Shown here in pieces: positions 11,639 to 22,789 of a stretch of DNA of 64,000 nucleotides. This DNA comes from Lama guanicoe (lineage: Eukaryota). The stretch spans positions 15,826,941 to 15,890,940 of the forward strand of contig MU054187.1 in assembly GCA_013239625.1 (NCBI GenBank), in the 5' to 3' direction. The first letter of the stretch is position 1, and every line of letters starts with the position of its first letter. Made by a program: the position numbers and the translations under genes. The notes under the pieces are model-generated. The model did not search any database. It was not told where the DNA came from and saw only the letters and a program-made list of their open reading frames with translations.

Positions 11639-14579
11639 ACCCACACCAAAATTCTCTCAGAGGAAGCTAATCAGGTTTTCTGTGTTTGACTGTATTTATA
11701 TACATAGCTACCAGAGTACTATGTTTTAAAGAATGATTTCAGATGGCGGGTATAAAAATAAGTGAGTCTAGAAATCTTGGCTATTTTTTTTTCAGCTCCT
11801 TAAATTCTCTAAAGTTTTGAAAGGTACCTGATAAAGGTCTTCTTATTTATTAATACTGCTTTCTGGAATCCAGTTGATATTCAATTTTTTCCTGTAGTTT
11901 GCCAGAAATTAAATAGTTTAATAACTTAATCATTGCCCTGGCTTGATATTTATTTCATCCTCCTTCCCTGAGATATGCAAATATACGTCTCTTTGCTAAT
12001 ATCTTTTCTCAGTTCTATAGTCTGAACGCTGATGCAAAGAAGTCATTAAAATTGATAGCAATATCCACCACTTCAGTGAATAAATTACACTTTCCATTTC
12101 ATGGAGGCTCCATTATCTCCAGCCCTGACCCCTTCTTACTTCTCTACTTGAAAGGATCCTGATTTATCTCAAACTCTTGTGCAATCTTCCTTTCATTTTC
12201 TAGCCTTAATTTTCTTATCATAATTTTTACACTTTTAACTCTATTCCGTCATCTCGGTGCTTCCGTCTACCTCCTGTTTTATCCTGTACATTTTCTTCTT
12301 TCTTGGCTTTGATTAGTTTTGGACTCTTCTCTCCCTGCATTGACTTTTTATTCTGACTAAAGCCATATTTATTTGTAGACGATATGCGTAGCCCTTGAAC
12401 ATGCTTTAATTCACCTTTCTGTATGTTTCATTTGCTCTTTCTCAAAGTGCTTTAACGTTCCCCCTTTCTTTTTCATTTGGTTTGCAAGTATGTCTCTACT
12501 CAAAATTTACTTTTTTGTCTATTAAAAATCGTGCTTTTGCCTTTTTTTAATATTCCTTTGGTTGCTCTGATGGCCTAACCCCAAATCCAACTTTATTACT
12601 CTGATTTCACTGTCATATATTTTTTATCTGTAATAATAACTCCTGTTACTTAAGCTACTTTTGGAATTACAAAGAAAGCACATTTTCTTGTCCTTTGGAA
12701 AATGTAAGACAGTATTGTAAGCAGGAAAGTGGTAATTGCAGGAAACACTGTGCTGGTGGAATCTTTGTTGAAACTTTCATCTTTGAACTTCATACACAGA
12801 AAGCCATTAAATGCCGGGATAATAGAACTGGTTTCACTGTATCCTCTTTGTTTGGCTATCTCTCTGGCTTATCAGTCCCCATAGAATATAGAGCTGGAGG
12901 GGGACTTGAGAGGTCATTTAATCTATTGCTCTGTGGCCTGAAGGTTCTAAGGCCTCGTATGCTCTACAAGATACCTTTCCGCTTTAGTTCTTACCAGTTT
13001 AAATGGTAGTTGGAATTCTTGGTAAATATTTGGGAAGGTCGCAAATGTCACAGGGAAGAAAGAACTTGTATAGACAGAAATTACAGAAATGTCACCTACT
13101 GAAATTTTGAACAAGAGGTTGAACCGAAGCATTTCACAACTGAAAAGTATAGGGCTCTTAGTGTAGAGTTTTTGGTACAAACCAAGATAATAATAGATTT
13201 TAGTGGTTTGGCCTATGTTTCATAAGGATGAATACCCCCAGAACTAGTGATAATGTGCCCTTTTATATCATATGGGAAGCAATGAGTCAAAGGTATTGAG
13301 AATAGTATAGTTATTGACTTTATATACAGCACTCCCTTCCCTTTCAGAAGTGATGACTTATTCTTTCCATTAGATTAATATTCTGAGAAGAAATGGGTAT
13401 AATATTGGAAGCTTGCAAGAATGTAAATACTGGGTCATTATAAATTGAACAAAGCAATGGTATTTTAAAAATGAGTCATTTTGACTCTAACAATATTTCT
13501 GACTCAGTCTCTGATTTATGTTATTAAAATGTCATGAGTTTTCAAGATCAACTTTCAATTGATATTTAGAGAGGTAGGGTCGGGGTAGATTGAATAGCAT
13601 CTAACTGTTTTTAATGGATGAAACAGCTGTCAAGTTCAGATCTCTATATATTACTTCCAATTTTAGGAAGGCTTAGTCAGTCTTTGGGGATTCTTTAAGG
13701 TTACTGATCCTTTGACAAAAATTACAACAAAAATAAATTAAAACTAGACTGAATAACAATGACCACTGCTTTCAACAAAAATATCAAAATAAGCCTCATA
13801 TACTTTACATACCTAGATAATGTAAATTGTATCTTTTTTTTAAAGCTATCATCCTTTTGAGAGTTATTAAGAATTTCAGGAGTCGTATGAAAATGATTTG
13901 AAATTAATGAACACATCAATACCAATGTTGAACAGATAATTTACCTTGATAGATGTGTTCACTTAGTGGCAATCAAATTATTGAAATTCAAGGGACTACC
14001 TATAAATATCCAGTGATTGAGAGTGATTAACAAACAGCAATTAATGAAAAACTGGAGGAAATATTAAGTCCTTGTGTGGAGGTAATATAAAACATTTCAG
14101 TAAAGAAATAAAATTTAGTCATTCAATAATGTGTTTGGTATGTGTGCTAGCATTCTTCAGGCTTAATGAAAATTTCTAATATAGGCCATAAAATATTACT
14201 TTAACATGAACATGCTTATAATAAAAGATTTCATTTATCACAGGAGAGTTTTGAAATAAAGAATAATCCAACCTACAGAGAATACAGGTTAAAAATCTGT
14301 GGCAATTTGAAATAGTATCTGTGTGCTACCAAATTAATTTAAAAAACTATCAGCAAACAAACAATGTTTTCCAGCAGTAACATTTAGAGAAATTAAGGTT
14401 AACAACGCACATAATTGGTCCCTGGCATGGTAACTAACACATGCCAACTTTGGTATCAAGCTTTGTGTTCATAAACACATTGATTTTGGATCATCCAAAA
14501 TAGTTATATTTCATTCCCAGTGGTTTAGATCAGGGGAACATCACCTGAATTCTTTGGTTCTGGGAATAACTGTGGAAAT

Positions 14580-14760
14580 AACGGTGGGGCTCTGACTTCA
14601 ATTCTCTGATTCACTCTTTGTCTGTATAGTCAGATAATGATATTTACCTTGAAGAAATCTTTATGACAGTCAACTGGGATAACGCTTATGCATAAATGAT
14701 GTAGAACAGTAGCCGGCACATAGCAGATGAACAGCAAATTATAGCGCCTCATCACATTGT
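14580..14760 (+). mobile_element. MIR SINE
   Basis: 'tgtagaacagtagccggcacatagcagatgaacagcaaattatagc' matches the MIR 3' end. Confidence 0.6.
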
Positions 14761-15094
14761 CATCATCATTTCTGCCCAAATAATTTTAATTGCTTCCTTG
14801 CTAGGCAGTGTTCTTCAGTCTCCTTAAAGCGCTCTACATGCCATTTTCAAATCAATATTCTCCAGATAACATGTCAGTTGCATCATGTCCCTGGTCCAGA
14901 TTGTCTTCTCATTAAATTAAATTTAACAGCTTCGCCTGGCCCTCCTATTTCCCTATGTTGTTGCATTATCCTATCCAGCCTAATGTTTCCACACGTTCCA
15001 TATGCAGCAACCACATCGCAATGCTCTTTATTTCAGAATGTACTTCATACCTTTCTCTCACCTGTCTGTCTTTGTTTACACCTTCCAAGTTAGT

Positions 15095-15420
15095 GTATCA
15101 TGTAGTACCGTGGAATCTGTGCTGGCATTTGCCTTTTAATCACAAATCAATTTTGAGTCCTTCCCCTCTTCTGCACCTGCATCATAGAGAACTCCGGTTT
15201 CCAGATTCCTTGAGGAACTCATTTCTGAGTAAAAGTAACCAATGGGAGGCACTGAAAGAAAACTGGAAGGCAGAAGGAAGGGGGAGGTAAGGGTATTTCT
15301 CCCGGGTTTGCTTCTCACCCAACCCTCCGGCAGAGTTTGTAACAATACCTGCCTTTCCTTTCTGTTCTCTGTTTTAGCCAGTTAACCTCTTCGTCTCTGA
15401 TCTTAGATTCTCCTGGAGGC
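15095..15420. mobile_element. ERVL LTR relic (LTR33-like)
   Basis: 'accaatgggaggcactgaaagaaaactggaaggcagaaggaagggggaggtaagggtatttctccc' is typical of LTR33. Confidence 0.6.
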
Positions 15421-15514
15421 TGGATGCCTTACGCTCTGATTAAGCTGTTTCAATTTTCTGCCAATTTTAGGGTGGAGTCAACTTTTAGGGAAAACATATT
15501 CACAGAAGTAGCTG

Positions 15515-15701
15515 TTTTTTTTTTTTTCACTTGTTTAGTTTTCTTGACATTTTCTAGGTGAGTTTATTTATTTATTTATTTTGGGGAGGGGAGGTAATTA
15601 GGTTTATTTATTTATTTATTTTCGGAGGCACTACTGGGGATTGAACCCAGGACTTGTGCATGCTGAGCATGCGCTCTACCACTTAAGCTATACCCTCCCC
15701 C
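15515..15701 (-). mobile_element. Camelid tRNA-derived SINE (vic-1 type) with extended 3' end
   Basis: Reverse complement reads GGGGGGAGGGTATAGCTTAAGTGGTAGAGCGCATGCTCAGCATGCACAAGTCCTGGGTTCAATCCCCAGTA..., then (AAAT)n; flanks CAGAAGTAGCTGTTT (15503-15517) and CAGAAAAAGCTGTTT (15702-15716). Confidence 0.92.
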
Positions 15702-17559
15702 CAGAAAAAGCTGTTTCGAGTTGTCGGTTTGGTTCCTGAGCATTTCTGTTACCTTTGCATGCATTTTTCTTTATTAAGTTCCCTTCAATTATAGAATTTA
15801 GAGAAGTTTTTTTTTTTCCTCCCTGGACCATGATTGCTGGAGACTGCCAGGAGAGTGCCACAGATTTGGGTTTAAATACTGGCTTTGTGATCTGGGGAGA
15901 CTACTTCCTTGAGTCTCAGTTTCTTTGCCAATAACCTAGTAGTGTTCTGTGGAGATTAAATAAACATCATGTACGAAAATACATATATAAGATCCCACAT
16001 ACTTAGGTTTTCACACCTCAGTTTCTCTGCTATGAAACATTTAGACACATATGTATGAGTTGAAATTAACTAATAATTTGAATGTAAGGGAATAGATCTT
16101 CCATGACGTTTACCCTTCCAAGCATCTCATTATTTATATAATTTATGATCTGAAATTGTATCACTATTAATTAGAATCTTAAGGTGTTTCAGTTGTAAGA
16201 CATATTAGATAGATTTAAATGGATTATTAAGCAACCATTGTATAACAAACATTTTTAGGCAAATGTAGAAGGTCCTCTCCTGAGAAAATATTACATGGTT
16301 CAGGGGATGTGTTCCAGGTGAATACAGATGAACTGAGGGTAAAGCAGTCCCCAGAGTCCTGCGGGACACAAGTAACAGGAGGAGGCAGGGATTTGTCGGA
16401 TAAACACTAAGGTCAGGGGATTAGAATAAGGAATCAGAAGGAACTTTCCGATTACTGAGGATTTTCGATTTTTGTTCTCTGTCTGAACAAGACACTAAAA
16501 CAATCTGGGACTTTTTCTCATCTGAGAGGCCACCAAGTTGGGGATCAGAGCTTTCTTCTCCTCTGACAGTTCATGAGGTTGGGGCCCTTCTGTTTTACAT
16601 CTCATGGTTATTCTAGGGGCACTTTTTCAGAACCCAAACTATTTTTCTATTATTTCTCCCAGAACCATGACTACCGTGGTCTAGTTTTACTTGTAGCCAG
16701 GTGTTTGCATGATGTCCTGGGAGGAGCACTTGCCAAAACATCCTTTGTCTTCCATATTTCAGGTATAACAAGTCTGTGAGTGTATGAAGTATCCAATTCC
16801 AGGAAAGATGTCTGCGAAAGAGAAAGAAGGCTGCTTCCACATCCTTCAAATAAACTGGCTTCTGCTTTAAGAATTTGGGATCTAGAGAACATCAAAACAT
16901 TTCATTTGCTGGGTTAGAAAAGATAAAGATAAGATTTCTTTAAAACAAGGGCACTGAGACCCTGCCACAAACCATTGTATGTATCTGGGGTAAGTTTTGT
17001 TTAGATATGCTGAGACAGGAAATAACTTGATACGCATTTGGAGATTGTCGATATAGGAATAACCCAATTTTCCAAAGACTTTTTCATCCAAGGATTAGCT
17101 GCAGTGGCTAGCATCAGGTGAGATTTGGGATAAGCCAAAAGCTTGTCTTAGTTCATTGTGACTTGTTAGCTATATACCTCAAGAGAAACTTTGTTTTCTG
17201 ACAGCCAAGGGTTCACTGGCCTCATTACCTCTACATTTTAACCGTCTTTTGAACCTCGTTTTAACTTGTAGCCCAAAGGATATTCTGGAACATTGAACAA
17301 AGATATATTAAATACTTGATTGAGACAGCACAAGTTATGGGATCTCTTAAACGATCTCTAGCAAACATAATCTTGCTTGTCTAAAGATAAAATTAAATAT
17401 AAAATTTTAAAAATGCCCATTACTCCTTGAAAATACATGGGATTCAGAGTTTTTTGCCCTAACTAACTGTAGCTGTTACCATTGTAATGAAAGTTAACTC
17501 AGTTTCTTGATAAAGGATTCAACCAGGTTACTTTAAACCACAGAAGGAGTTTTTCTTGA

Positions 17560-18400
17560 ATAGCTTCACTCTATTTGTTGTGTTCCTAAATGGGAATGAT
17601 AAAAGATAAAGGTCTTAGCCAGCAGGATTGACTTGTATAATAAACTATGACACAGAATTAAATAAGCACTAAAAGAGAGGTGTTATGAGAATAAAGCAGA
17701 AGGAACAATTACTTCTGATAAAAGCACTGGGGAGGATCTCACTGAAATCACATTTAAGCCAGGGATTAAAACATGGGGAATGTTTAGCTAGGTTAAAAAC
17801 CAAATGAAGAGGACACCTGGTTGGGAAAGCAATGCCAGCGAAGTCACAGAAGCTGGAGGGTGGAAAGAGTATTTGAAGCCACTCAGTGTGGACTAGATTC
17901 TATACTTCCTGGTGGAATGAATTGTGAGTTATGTCTGGGAAGATCATTTGGGACATAAAACATAAGATCTGGACTTTGAGGCTACAAGACTGTATTATTT
18001 TGGTAAAGAGACAGTGTTTCAGGGTGTTGAACAGGTACCCAATGCTATTCAACCTCTATTTTGGAAAGGTTAACGTGTGAGTAGCTTGAAAGGTATATTG
18101 TTGGAGAAACTAGGAATAGACCAGACAAGAGATTTTGAGTGCTTGGCTGAGTCAGTGGCAGTGAGAATGCAAAGCATGGATAAACAAACGAGCAAAAAAC
18201 CATTTGAAGAGTTGAAGCAATAACATCTCATAACTAAGAGAGTCCCAAGTGGACACAGCAAAAACCCTTCCAAGGTTCCAGAAATTCATAACTGAAAATG
18301 ACAGCAATATTAATAGACTGGTAGAATCCACTATGTAAAATACATTTTCAAAGAGGGCAAGCAGTTTAAGACATTGAACTGGAAATACATGTGGGTACTT
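17560..18400 (-). mobile_element. Degenerate LINE-2
   Basis: Purine-rich antisense L2-like run ('aaagcaatgccagcgaagtcacagaagctggaggg...', 'ggaatagaccagacaagag'). Confidence 0.55.
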
Positions 18401-18519
18401 GTGTATATATGTATATAAAGTCTTTTTGAGTCTGCAGCTTGGGAGAAGGGTTGCAATTGTGGCTGAATCATGAAAACACAGCAGTTTTTAGGTTTTTGTC
18501 CTCAGTGGTTTATCTAACA

Positions 18520-19130
18520 TGATCTGCCAAAAGGATTCCCACTCATGCCCACAGGTGTGACTCCCCAGTAAGTATCTCCTGAGTTGCAGACTTACATTTC
18601 CAATCACCTATCTTGGTTGCTTCCACCAAGACATTCTTAATAAATATGTCAAACCCAGCAAGCCTAAAACAGATGTCATCATTTCTATTCTTCCTGCCAA
18701 ACCTGCTCCAGTTTCTATAGAAATGACCATGGCAGTGAGCGCCATTACTACCAAGCCAGATGTCAGCCACTTAAACTACTACAAAACAAAACATACAAAC
18801 ACAAACTCATGAGTCACCCTAGATTCTTCTCCATCTTGATCTCACTTGTGTAGACCTTAAGTCTTTCTTTTTAGCATTATTGAAACAAATTTCTACCAGA
18901 AGCCATTGCCTCTAGACTGTCTGCCTAAGCCACTTCCCATTCAGCGACCTGAGTGACATGTAAGATGCCAAAATGGTCATTTCACACTTTATCACATTGC
19001 AGTGTATTTGTGTGTGTGTCTGTTTCTCTATGTCCATTAAACCCTATGAAAGATGGAGCAACTCTATTGCTCCTTTTTTCATGATTAATTTCTGGAACAG
19101 CAATCCTTAAGGGTTTTTGAATGAATAAAA
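18520..19130 (+). mobile_element. LINE-2 fragment including 3' end
   Basis: 'cctgagttgcagacttacatttccaatcacctatcttgg...' and 3' terminus 'tttttgaatgaataaa'. Confidence 0.65.
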
Positions 19131-19379
19131 TTATTTAAATTTAGGAGTTATATTATGAAATGGTAGTCAAAGTTGTGACTATGCAGAATGTCCAGATTTA
19201 GAGTAAAGAAAAACGAGGATCAAGGGAAAAAAACTTTGAAAAAAAGAGATTAAAGAAAATAAAATTACGGAGGGTATTAAGAAATGCTTAATCGTAAAAG
19301 AACCAAAGGAAATTCATATTTAAGGGAAAAATGTTTTAAGAAGGAAGACTTACTTACTTACTTGCTTAACCTCTGTAAG

Positions 19380-20420
19380 TGTTAAACCATGATCATGCTC
19401 TCCTTGACACACGTTGCTTCTTCCTTCTCATCCGCCTGAAGCGGCTCCTCCCTCTCTCTCGGACAGCTGTGTGCACACTGCCATCATCCACAGTTCCACC
19501 CTATGCCTGCTTCTCTTCCCACTTGGTTTAGTCTCCCTGGGAAATCCCTCCCAATTCTAACATAAACTACCATTTATAGCACAGTGACTGCCAAGTCTGT
19601 ATTCCCAGCCCTCTTTGTTAGTATGCTCCAATCCTGCAATCAGCTTTCAGCAAGATTATACCATGTCCATATTTCCAAAATGAAAACATCCTTCCTCCCA
19701 AGTCTTATTCCTCCTGTATTCTATAGCTCTTGTTAAATGTAATTCTTTTTATTTCACAAGCTTGACTCCTTCCTTTCTTATATTCCACTCCATGTCAGTC
19801 ACCAAGTTCTGCCAGCTCTCCCTTCTAGATGTCTCACATCTTCTCCACGACCATCTCTTCCTCCACTCTTTTCATTCAGCTCTTCAGCATGTGGTGTATA
19901 GATTATAGCAATAGCTCAAGCAGGTAAGCTCACCACCATTTCTCCTAAGAAGAAATGTCCTTCATATGTTGTCAGAGCTAATTTTCTAAATTACAATGTT
20001 GAACAAGCTCATTTGTTCCAAAAAAGCAACAAATAAATACATCTTGGGCGAGGGTATAGCTCAGTGGTACAGTACCTGCTTAGCATGCATGAGGTCCTGG
20101 GTTCAATCCCCAGTACCTCTATTAAAATAAATTAGTAAATAAACCTAATTACCTCCCCCCAATTTTTTTTAAATAAACATAAATTTTAAAAAATCTTAAT
20201 GATCAAAGAAAAATTTCCAAACTCATTAATATCCAAACATGGACCCTTAAAATATGACTGCAACAATATTTTTTAGTATCATTTTTAAATGCTCTCTCCA
20301 CATCCCCAAAACAAGTAGAAAAATTCTCAATTTTTTTTTTTAACTCCACATGCCTTCTTACATTTCCATGCCTTTGTAGAATCTACATTCTTTTCTTGAA
20401 ACGTTCTTCTCCTGTCCACT
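19380..20420 (+). mobile_element. LINE-2 fragment interrupted by a SINE
   Basis: 'aactaccatttatagcacagtgactgccaagtctgtattcccagccc...cagtcaccaagttctgccagctctcccttctagatgtctc'. Confidence 0.65.
20046..20195 (+). mobile_element. Camelid tRNA-derived SINE (vic-1 type)
   Basis: GGGCGAGGGTATAGCTCAGTGGTACAGTACCTGCTTAGCATGCATGAGGTCCTGGGTTCAATCCCCAGTACCTC...AAACCTAATTACCTCCCCCC; same family as the copies at 8625 and 15515; TSD degenerate. Confidence 0.92.
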
Positions 20421-21907
20421 GATAGTTACTTTTTGGAGAATATTGTTTATCCTTGAAGAATTTCCTTTTGTGGAAATCTTTTCGGATTTAAAAGTGTTCA
20501 ATCCAACTCTTCAAAGATGAAGGGGTCTGCGCTGTAGTTACAAGCTATATGCATTCTTACAAATTTATACCTGTGACAACCATTGAAATTGTGATCTTAA
20601 TAAAAGTTGTCTGTTCAAAAGAAAAATACCTCTAGTTACTTTTTCTGCCCACTGAATTATCTCATCGGTATAGTGTTTGTCTTTAACCTTACTAGTTTTT
20701 CAATGAGTGTTTGCATTTGTTTCATCGCTAATATTAAATGAAAACCCATAGCTCTGGAAAAGCCAAATATACACATTTGTACCATAATGCATTGCTTAGA
20801 GCTAATTTGTATCAGATGTTCAGCCTTTTAGATAAAGAGGCATTTCTTGACTATGAAATTGTTATCAAGAAATTGATCCAGGTTTAAAAATTTGGTCTTG
20901 CTAAGAAAATAAAAGACATAAGCCTTGTCTTAACATCAGTTCTGCACTGATCTTTTTTTTCTTTTCTTTCCTATCTGAGCGCTACAACACATATTTAGCA
21001 GCAAGCAAATGGCCAAGAAGCACACCATGTGGAGATAAATCCAGTTTACAGAGGACAATCCCTGCCAAAATGCCAACCACAAAGCTCCAAATTTCGGCCA
21101 GAGTAACCAGGAAGAAAGAAAGCTGTGTGAGGCAGAGGGGGAACCAAATGAAATCCTATCATGCTAAGCATCACAATTGTAAAGTCAGGATGAATAAGAA
21201 GAAATGAAAAGCCATTCATCGAAGCTGCCTCCACAGGGGACGAATGATTCTTATGCCTGAAATAGATTTAACTGTCCCCAAACGGCAATTTCACTCTCGC
21301 ACAGGAAATGAAAATAAAAGCAAGGGAGCAGCCAGTCAGAAGCAGTCCCCACCTTCTGGGCACAGCCACTTGAGAACTGGTAGAATGTGTAACGCTGTAG
21401 GATCCACACAATTATAAAAACATCTGAACGGGATACTTGAAAACGATCTTTAACTCTGTTGGGATGTTGAAATGACTTTTTTGAACTTTCCTCATTTTTC
21501 TCAGGTTTCTTTTTTCGGACCCTCTAAGGTAAATTATGACTTAAATGTTTCATGCTAGGTTGTCTGTGCTGGATTTGGGGGCTTATCATAATTTTATTTT
21601 GTGTATGTTGAGAGGTTTTAATAAATTGTGTCAACCAGAAAAACAGTGGGAATCATTGTTTCAGATGGGAAGTGACAGCCTGCAGGCCTAAGCTGTTATT
21701 ACTTGAAATTCCATTGAATTCTAAATTTCAGCACTTTTTTTTTTGATTCAGCTGTTCATGTTTCATGGATGTTTGCTAATTACAGAATTTAATTCTCGAG
21801 ACCCAAGCATTGTACAGCAGTTAAGGCCATGTTACAAATGTGAAAGCTTGTGTATTTGGAATCAGGTGACTGAGTCTTTTTATTATGTTTGCCTGTTTGT
21901 GCGTGTG

Positions 21908-22248
21908 TGTCTTTGTCTGTTCAGGCTGCTACAACAAAATACCATAGACTGGGTGGATTATAAAGAACAGAAATTTATTTCTTACAATTCTGGAGGCTGG
22001 AAGTCGGATTAGAATGCCAGGGGGGTCTGCTGAGAACTCTCTTCCAGGTGGCAGACTTCTGGCACCCTCGCGTGGCGGGAGGGGTAAGTGAGCTCTCCTG
22101 GGCCTCTTCCACAAAGGCATTAATCTCATTCATGGGGCTCCACCCTCATGACCAGTCACCGCCCATTGTCCGCAGCTCCACGTCTCATCATTGGGCATTA
22201 GTATTTCAGCATTTGAGTTTTGAGGGGGAACACACATTCGAACAATAA

Positions 22249-22250
<2 letters not shown>
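21908..22250 (-). mobile_element. MaLR solo LTR (MLT1A-like)
   Basis: Starts 'tgtctttgtctgttcaggctgctacaacaaaataccatagactgggtgg...aatttatttcttacaattctggaggctggaagtc', ends 'ggggaacacacattcgaacaataata'; flanked by GTGTG on both sides (21903-21907, 22251-22255). Confidence 0.88.

Positions 22251-22282
<32 letters not shown>
22251..22282. repeat. (GT)16 microsatellite
   Basis: Read directly. Confidence 0.97.
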
Positions 22283-22284
<2 letters not shown>

Positions 22285-22534
22285 AGGGTTACACAGGGAA
22301 GATTGAAAAGGAGGGACAGAGGTACCAGGCCTTGAGAAACTCCAGCTGGTGAATGAGCAGACTGTCCAGACCTGGAACAAGGACCAAGCGGAAGCCCTGG
22401 CACTGCAGAGGGTCCTGAGGAAGGAGCAGATGTGCGTCTACTCCTTGGAGAAGGTCGTGGAGCAGAAGACTAAGGAAAACAATGAACTGACCAGAATCTG
22501 TGACAACCTCCTTTCCAAGATGGAGAAAAGCTGA
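22278..22534 (+). pseudogene. TACC3: TACC3 processed pseudogene fragment (C-terminal TACC coiled-coil domain)
   Basis: Translates [19 protein letters not shown] / [65 protein letters not shown], matching the TACC3 C-terminus as recalled ([90 protein letters not shown]). Intronless, frameshifting deletion of about 16 nt near 22334, no start codon. Confidence 0.93.
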
Positions 22535-22631
22535 TGTGGAGGTCTTGATCTGTGCCTGGCCTTTCCTGTCATGTGTCTGTCTGTCTGTCTAACTCTGTCA
22601 TTTAGTCTAGCAACAAACACAATTAAGAGTA

Positions 22632-22660
22632 GTATATATATGTGTGTGTGTGTATATATA
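22632..22660. repeat. Compound (TA)n(TG)n(TA)n microsatellite
   Basis: tatatatatgtgtgtgtgtgtatatata read directly. Confidence 0.9.
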
Positions 22661-22789
22661 AATATAGCAAAATCCATTTATAAAGTACATTTTTCTAGCT
22701 ATATAAAACAGAGCAAAATATACATTTGAGTTCTTTTCTTCACATGGTATTTTTTTCTCATTCAAAGGAAAAAAAACTTTGTCTAAGTT

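Noticed and set aside
16763..16775. 13-nt micro-exon (TTTCAG|...|GTGAGT)
   Set aside because: Frame-shifting length, weak exonic donor context and no further support
19348..19363. Tandem GTAAGT donors on the minus strand
   Set aside because: Explained as a short (ACTT)4 microsatellite
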